From: Elusimicrobiota bacterium
GTDB taxonomy: Bacteria > Elusimicrobiota > Elusimicrobia > UBA1565
Direction of reading: 5' to 3'
DNA length: 10,797 nucleotides
Assembly (NCBI GenBank): GCA_043819795.1
Contig: JBDREN010000142.1
Coordinates: forward strand, 1 to 10,797
Positions within the stretch are counted from its first letter, which is position 1, and each line of letters begins with the position of its first letter. Of the stretch, positions 6,317 to 10,797 are shown one piece after another. The notes beneath the pieces are model-generated. The model worked only from the letters and a program-made list of their open reading frames with translations, did no database searches and had not been told where the DNA came from. The position numbers and the translations under genes are program-made.

Positions 6317-8110
6317 ATGACGAAATCGACACTGCTTCGCCGCCTTCCCGCGACAATGCCGCTGCTTTCGTTACTCCTGCTCTGCCCTCTGCCGACCCAT
6401 GCCGAAGCCGGTTGGCCGGATCTTGCCCAGCCCGCGCGGGCGATGGACGGCGGAAAAAAGGACGCGGCCGTGGTGGTGGGCATCGAGGACTATGCGTTCG
6501 TGACCCCGATCCCGGGAGCCAAGACCAACGCGCTGGCTTGGTACGATTACTTCACCCAAACCCGAAAGATGCGGCCCGAGAATGTCGCCCTTCTGCGCGA
6601 CTCGGACGGCACGCTGGAGGAAATGCGCGCGGCCGCGGAGAAGGCGGCTCGGGGAGTGATGGAAGGCGGGACATTGTGGTTCGTCTTCGTGGGGCATGGC
6701 GCGCCCGCCAAGAACGGGCAGGATGGGCTCTTGGTCGGCGCGGACGCCCAGCAGAAGGCGGCCAGTCTGCAGGCCAGGAGTCTGCCGCAGGGGGAACTGC
6801 TCACGATTCTCGGCAAAAGCCGCGCCCGCTCGGTCCATGTGGTCATTGACGCGTGCTTCTCGGGAAAGAGCGGAGACGGGGCGGCGTTGGCCTCGGGGCT
6901 GATGCCTCTGGTGATGACCGTGCTCCGCCCGCCGGCCGACCCGCGTATCACGGTATTGACCGCCGCCAAGAGCGACCAGTTCGCCGGGGCTCTTCCCGGC
7001 TCTTTTAGGCCGGCATTCAGCTACCTGACCCTGGGGGGATTGCGCGGCTGGGCCGATGAGAACGGGGACGGGGAGGTGACCGCGGGCGAACTTTTCGGCT
7101 ACGCAAAGCGCGTCCTCCAGGCCACGCTTCACGGCCGCGACCAGACCCCGACATTGATGGGCAGCGGGGACGCGTTCATGGCCCGGTCGCCCCGCGAGAG
7201 GGGGCCGGATTTGGCGGCCATGGCCAAGCTGGAACAGCGCCCCGCCCGCCCCGGCGGGGAGATGTTCAGCGTATCGAGACTGCCGAGCGTGCCGCAGGTG
7301 CGGGCGCCGCAGGCTTTCAAGAGGGCGGATCCGGCGACGCAGGACTGGCGCGGCGTGGACGTGGACGCCCTTGAAAAATACGACGCCGTGGTGAAGTTCG
7401 ACAGAGACACGGCGACCGCGCTTGAGAAGGCGGCCAAGTGGCGGGAGCTCGCCAAGGCGGTCCCGAAATTCGCCGGCGAAGCCGCGCGCAGGGCGGAGGA
7501 ATGGGAAGAGTACGAACGGGAGCGGGCAGCGGCCGCCGTGGCCCGGCGCCAGCGCGACGATGCCAGGGATAAGGACTGGGAGAAGCTGGGCCGCCTGCTG
7601 GCCCTGAGCGTGGTCCCCGCTCAAGACAAGGAGCGCTGGGCGAACATGTTCGTGGAGGCCTACGGCAGCTCCCCGAAGGACAATCCCTACATGGAAGATC
7701 TCTCCAAGCACAGGAAGCGCACGATAGCGAAAGCGGCGCTTCTGGAGGATATCCAGGCCCGGCTCAAGGACAAGGGAAAGAACCAGGCGCTGTATGCGCA
7801 GATCTACGATGGATACTATGCGCGGGGCGCGAAAGACCCCAAGCAGCTCAACGCCTCCCTAAGCTACCTGCAGAAAGCGCCCCACATCACAACGACCTAC
7901 GAGAACGCGGCCGGCTGCACGGACGCGGCCTGCGCCCTGCGGCTGGTCTTCAGACTGCCGGACGGAAGTGAAATAGCGACCCACGACATCCCCGCGGACT
8001 TCGGAGAGGAAGCGGCCGGCGCCAAGGAGCAGGCGGATCTCGCCTATAAAGCCATCGCCTCGGCGATAGTGGCGGGCCAAGCCCATAAAGGCAAAGCGGC
8101 GGCAAAATAA
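6317..8110 (+). CDS. Secreted caspase-family (peptidase C14) protein with helical/coiled-coil region and unknown C-terminal domain
   Basis: AVVVGIEDY N-terminal strand, FVFVGHG (His codon 6695), VIDACFSG (Cys codon 6854), EF-hand-like DENGDGEVTAGE, and QTP. The N-terminus has a hydrophobic signal (LLSLLLLCPLPTHA). The ORF-track TTG at 6260 is the -35 box. ATG 6356 is an alternative start. Confidence 0.88.
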   Translation: MTKSTLLRRLPATMPLLSLLLLCPLPTHAEAGWPDLAQPARAMDGGKKDAAVVVGIEDYAFVTPIPGAKTNALAWYDYFTQTRKMRPENVALLRDSDGTLEEMRAAAEKAARGVMEGGTLWFVFVGHGAPAKNGQDGLLVGADAQQKAASLQARSLPQGELLTILGKSRARSVHVVIDACFSGKSGDGAALASGLMPLVMTVLRPPADPRITVLTAAKSDQFAGALPGSFRPAFSYLTLGGLRGWADENGDGEVTAGELFGYAKRVLQATLHGRDQTPTLMGSGDAFMARSPRERGPDLAAMAKLEQRPARPGGEMFSVSRLPSVPQVRAPQAFKRADPATQDWRGVDVDALEKYDAVVKFDRDTATALEKAAKWRELAKAVPKFAGEAARRAEEWEEYERERAAAAVARRQRDDARDKDWEKLGRLLALSVVPAQDKERWANMFVEAYGSSPKDNPYMEDLSKHRKRTIAKAALLEDIQARLKDKGKNQALYAQIYDGYYARGAKDPKQLNASLSYLQKAPHITTTYENAAGCTDAACALRLVFRLPDGSEIATHDIPADFGEEAAGAKEQADLAYKAIASAIVAGQAHKGKAAAK

Positions 8111-8119
8111 GCCCGTTCC

Positions 8120-8151
8120 GTCCATGGCGTGTTAGCCATGGGTCGTTTTTT
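8120..8151 (+). terminator. Probable intrinsic terminator after the caspase gene
   Basis: Stem CCATGGC (8122-8128) / GCCATGG (8135-8141) is followed by TTTTTT (8146-8151), shortly after the stop at 8110. Confidence 0.6.
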
Positions 8152-8339
8152 GCGGCGCTCCTGAGCCGCCGCCGGCATCGCGATCATGGTCTTCATGGTT
8201 GTCTCCGGGTCCGCTGATTCGTCCGCGTCTGTGATTGGCCGCTACCGGCCACTTGGCTCCATTGAGGCGGAGCCGCCTCCCCGGCGTTGGTCAAGCCGGC
8301 CTGGATGGGAGACCGTTCTGGGGTCTGCTTGCGTGATTG

Positions 8340-8407
8340 TGATATGATGAACGGAATCCCTCCGGGAGCGCGTTCACCGGAGGGGGCTTGAGAATTAAAG
8401 AGAGGAG
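8340..8407 (+). promoter_or_regulatory. Extended -10 (TGaTATGAT), 5' UTR hairpin and RBS of the asnB-like gene
   Basis: TGATATGAT at 8340-8348, stem CCCTCCGG (8358-8365) / CCGGAGGG (8377-8384), and AGAGGAG at 8401-8407. Confidence 0.5.
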
Positions 8408-8418
8408 CATACGTGCAT

Positions 8419-10335
8419 ATGGGCGGCATATGCGGGATAGTCTATAACGAGCCGGGGCGCGTGGACAAAGGACTGCTCAGGAAGGCCCGCGGGCCCATCA
8501 CGCGCCAGGGCCCGGATGACGAGGGCTGCTATAGCGACGAGCACGCGGGACTGGCCGTGAGCAGGCTCTCCGTCATCGGCCTTCGGGCAGGGCATCAGCC
8601 CGTCCCCAATAGAGACGGCGCCATACACGCGGTCTTCATCGGGGATCTCTATAACTTCCCGGAGCTCCGTGAAGAGCTCGAGAAAGACGGCTATCCGTTC
8701 AAAACCGGGACGGATACCGAGCTCATCGTCGCCCTCTACGAGAAGATGGGCACGGACTGCGTATGCAAGCTGCGCGGCATGTTCGCTCTGGCCGTCTGGG
8801 ACGGCCCCAGGCAAAGGCTGTTCTTGGCCCGGGACCGCATAGGCAAGAAGTCCCTGGCCTATTCCCTGCGGGGCGGATTCTTCGCGTTCGCGTCGGAGCT
8901 GCGCTCTTTGCTGGTCTGGCCCGGGGTGAGCGCCGAGGTCGACGCCGAGGCCGTGGACCTCTACCTCTCCCTGCAATACATACCCAGTCCGCATACGATC
9001 TACAAAGGGATACGGAAGCTGCTGCCCGGCCACCGACTGGTGTTCGAGAAGGGACGGCTGACTGTCGAGTGCTATTGGGACTACCCGTTAGGCCAGGCGC
9101 CGGCCACCCGGCACTTGCCCGAGGCCGAGGAGATGATCCGGGCCAAGCTGCGGGAGGCCGTGAAGCTGAGGATGATAGCGGACGTGCCTTTGGGGGCCTT
9201 CCTCTCGGGTGGCATCGACTCCTCGATTATCGTGGCCCTGATGAGCGAGATGTCCGAAAAGCCGGTCAAGACCTTCGCCATCGGCTTCGAGGAGGAAGAG
9301 TTCTCGGAGCTCCCCTATGCCAGGGAGGTGTCCGAAAGATACGGCACCGACCACAGGGAGTTCATCGTCACCGCCGATATGGCTGATGTGCTGCCGAAGC
9401 TGGCTTGGAACTACGGCGAGCCCTACGCGGACGCCAGCGCCCTGCCGTCCTATTATGTAGCCCGGGAAACGAAGCGGTTCGTGGGCGTCGCGCTCAACGG
9501 CGACGGCGGGGACGAGAATTTCGCGGGCTACGTCCGGTACTTCGCCATGAAGGCCGCACGGTATTTCGACATCATCCCGGGGCCCGTGCGCCGGGCCATG
9601 CAGCTGGGAGCCGAGTTCCTGCCCGAGAAGAACGCGCCGATAAGCTTCCTCTGGCGGCTCAAGCGGTTCCTGCGCTCAGCGGTATTCACGGACCTGTCCC
9701 GAAGGCATCTCAAGATGATCTGCTACTTCTCGGAAGAGGATAAAAACGGGCTTTACACCGGACCCATGCTGCGCGCGCTAGGGCCGGCGCAGGACGGCCG
9801 GTCCCCGGCCGGATGGTACCTGAAGAAGGCCTTCGACGGAGGCGAAAGCGAAGACTTCGTCAACCGGATGCTCTATACCGACATGAAGACCTACCTCCCG
9901 GAGTGCATGACGGTCAAGATGGACATCGCCACGGGGGCCAACTCCCTGCAGGGCCGATCTCCCCTGCTGGATCACGAGTTCATGGAGCTGGTGTTCCGCA
10001 TGCCCGGGGATTGGAAGCTCAAAGGACTCAACAAGCATAAGTGGATCTTGAAGCGGGCATTCAAGGACCATCTGCCCCCGACCATCCGCAAGCGCGGGAA
10101 GATGGGCTTCGGCATCCCCCTCGGGCCCTGGTTCCGGGGAAGGCTCAAGGACTATTGGCGCGATCACGTGCTTTCCCCCGAAGCTCTGGCGCGGGGATAC
10201 TTCGACAAGCGGGCCCTGCAGTCCATCTGGGACGAGCATCAATCCCGCAAACGGGACCACGGCTACCGCATGTGGGCCCTCTTGATGCTGGAGCTCTGGC
10301 ACCGGCAGTACCTGCCGGACTTCAAGGGCTTCTAA
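8419..10335 (+). CDS. asnB: Asparagine synthetase B-family ATP-dependent amide ligase with a degenerate glutaminase (Ntn) domain
   Basis: Motifs GPD, RLS, GHQP, TDTE, LRGMFA, ARDRIGKK, PP-loop LSGGIDSS, GDGGDE.FAGY, RSPLLD and KMGF. The N-terminus is MGGICG rather than MCGIxG. GTG 8413 is an alternative start. Confidence 0.93.
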   Translation: MGGICGIVYNEPGRVDKGLLRKARGPITRQGPDDEGCYSDEHAGLAVSRLSVIGLRAGHQPVPNRDGAIHAVFIGDLYNFPELREELEKDGYPFKTGTDTELIVALYEKMGTDCVCKLRGMFALAVWDGPRQRLFLARDRIGKKSLAYSLRGGFFAFASELRSLLVWPGVSAEVDAEAVDLYLSLQYIPSPHTIYKGIRKLLPGHRLVFEKGRLTVECYWDYPLGQAPATRHLPEAEEMIRAKLREAVKLRMIADVPLGAFLSGGIDSSIIVALMSEMSEKPVKTFAIGFEEEEFSELPYAREVSERYGTDHREFIVTADMADVLPKLAWNYGEPYADASALPSYYVARETKRFVGVALNGDGGDENFAGYVRYFAMKAARYFDIIPGPVRRAMQLGAEFLPEKNAPISFLWRLKRFLRSAVFTDLSRRHLKMICYFSEEDKNGLYTGPMLRALGPAQDGRSPAGWYLKKAFDGGESEDFVNRMLYTDMKTYLPECMTVKMDIATGANSLQGRSPLLDHEFMELVFRMPGDWKLKGLNKHKWILKRAFKDHLPPTIRKRGKMGFGIPLGPWFRGRLKDYWRDHVLSPEALARGYFDKRALQSIWDEHQSRKRDHGYRMWALLMLELWHRQYLPDFKGF

Positions 10336-10480
10336 ATCGCGTTCCTGGCGAACGGGCCTGTAGAATCCGTCGGTGCCTCGACGCGAGATCCGCTGACAAG
10401 CTCGGGAAGGACCCGCTCGGTATCGACCCGAGTCTCGCTGACTGAAAACAAACGGCTTATTTTGAAAAGCGTCAGACCTT

Positions 10481-10569
10481 GGTGTCAGGCTATGACTCTT
10501 GGAACTTCTAGCTCTGACGGTTTGAACCGCGAAAAGTCCAGTAAATCCAGAAAGTCATAGCCTGACATC
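10481..10569. repeat. Palindromic REP/MITE-like element (long hairpin)
   Basis: Perfect 15-bp IR TGTCAGGCTATGACT (10483-10497) / AGTCATAGCCTGACA (10553-10567), with inner pairings TGGA/TCCA, ACTT/AAGT and CGGTT/AACCG. Confidence 0.8.
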
Positions 10570-10797
10570 GTCTCCAAATAAAAAAGGGGCCTGAAACGCA
10601 AACGCTCGCGCCTCATCGAATAGCACCTGGTCTTTAAGTACGTGATAGCAGGCGCAAGCCAGCTTGTGGGCGACCGCCTTGATGGCAACGATCCCGTTGG
10701 TCTTGGCCTTCTTCCGCTGATAAAATCGCCGGCTGCGTTCGTTGTAGCGCACGGCAAAATGCGCCGCTTCGAAAAACGCCCAGGCCAAGTATTTGTT
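10555..10797 (-). mobile_element. IS110-family transposase, C-terminal part (5' end outside window; possibly degenerate)
   Basis: The frame is open to the window edge: NKYLAWAFFEAAHFAVRYN...FYQRKKAK....AIKAVAHKLA..CYHVLKD...FD. This is the characteristic IS110/IS116/IS902 C-terminus. GC content is lower than in the neighbouring genes. Confidence 0.85.

Noticed and set aside
4710..7711. Long antisense ORFs (4710-6155, 5827-6483, 6371-7711) and other overlapping short ORFs
   Set aside because: These are shadow frames of GC3-biased real genes, with no recognisable motifs.
8419..8655. DGR-like adenine mutagenesis explaining the asnB N-terminal changes (several look like A->G)
   Set aside because: No reverse transcriptase or template repeat is in the window, the key Cys->Gly change is T->G, and the ancestral codons are only guessed.
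10443..10459. IHF-like / att-arm motif TGAAAACAAACGGCTTA
   Set aside because: It has two mismatches to WATCAAnnnnTTR, and no integrase or tRNA is in the window to support it.
10485..10757. 90-aa minus-strand ORF
   Set aside because: It is an alternative frame overlapping the IS110 transposase and palindrome, with no coding signature.

Overview
GC-rich bacterial chromosomal window. Left (minus strand) is a four-gene, translationally coupled operon: glutamate--cysteine ligase (gshA, GCS2 type), glutathione synthetase (gshB), and an ABC-2 (YadG/YadH-like) ATPase and permease. It is probably transcribed leaderless from an extended -10 promoter. A ~215-bp palindromic MITE lies in the divergent intergenic region. 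Three plus-strand genes follow, apparently each with its own promoter: (1) a secreted protein with a catalytically dead zincin-like motif (RELSD for HExxH) and a C-terminal 33-aa tandem repeat; (2) a secreted caspase-family (C14) protease with an intact His/Cys dyad; (3) an AsnB-family enzyme whose glutaminase active site is destroyed (Cys1->Gly, Asn->Ile, Arg->Gln) while the ATP/synthetase domain is intact. The right end holds an ~85-bp palindromic element and the 3' end of an IS110-family transposase whose ORF terminates inside that palindrome. The low-complexity Pro/Ala/Leu/Ser N-terminal region and 'RLFDG' motif of the secreted protein recall Elusimicrobiota proteins, but this taxonomy is only an impression. 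All calls come from reading motifs; no searches were run.
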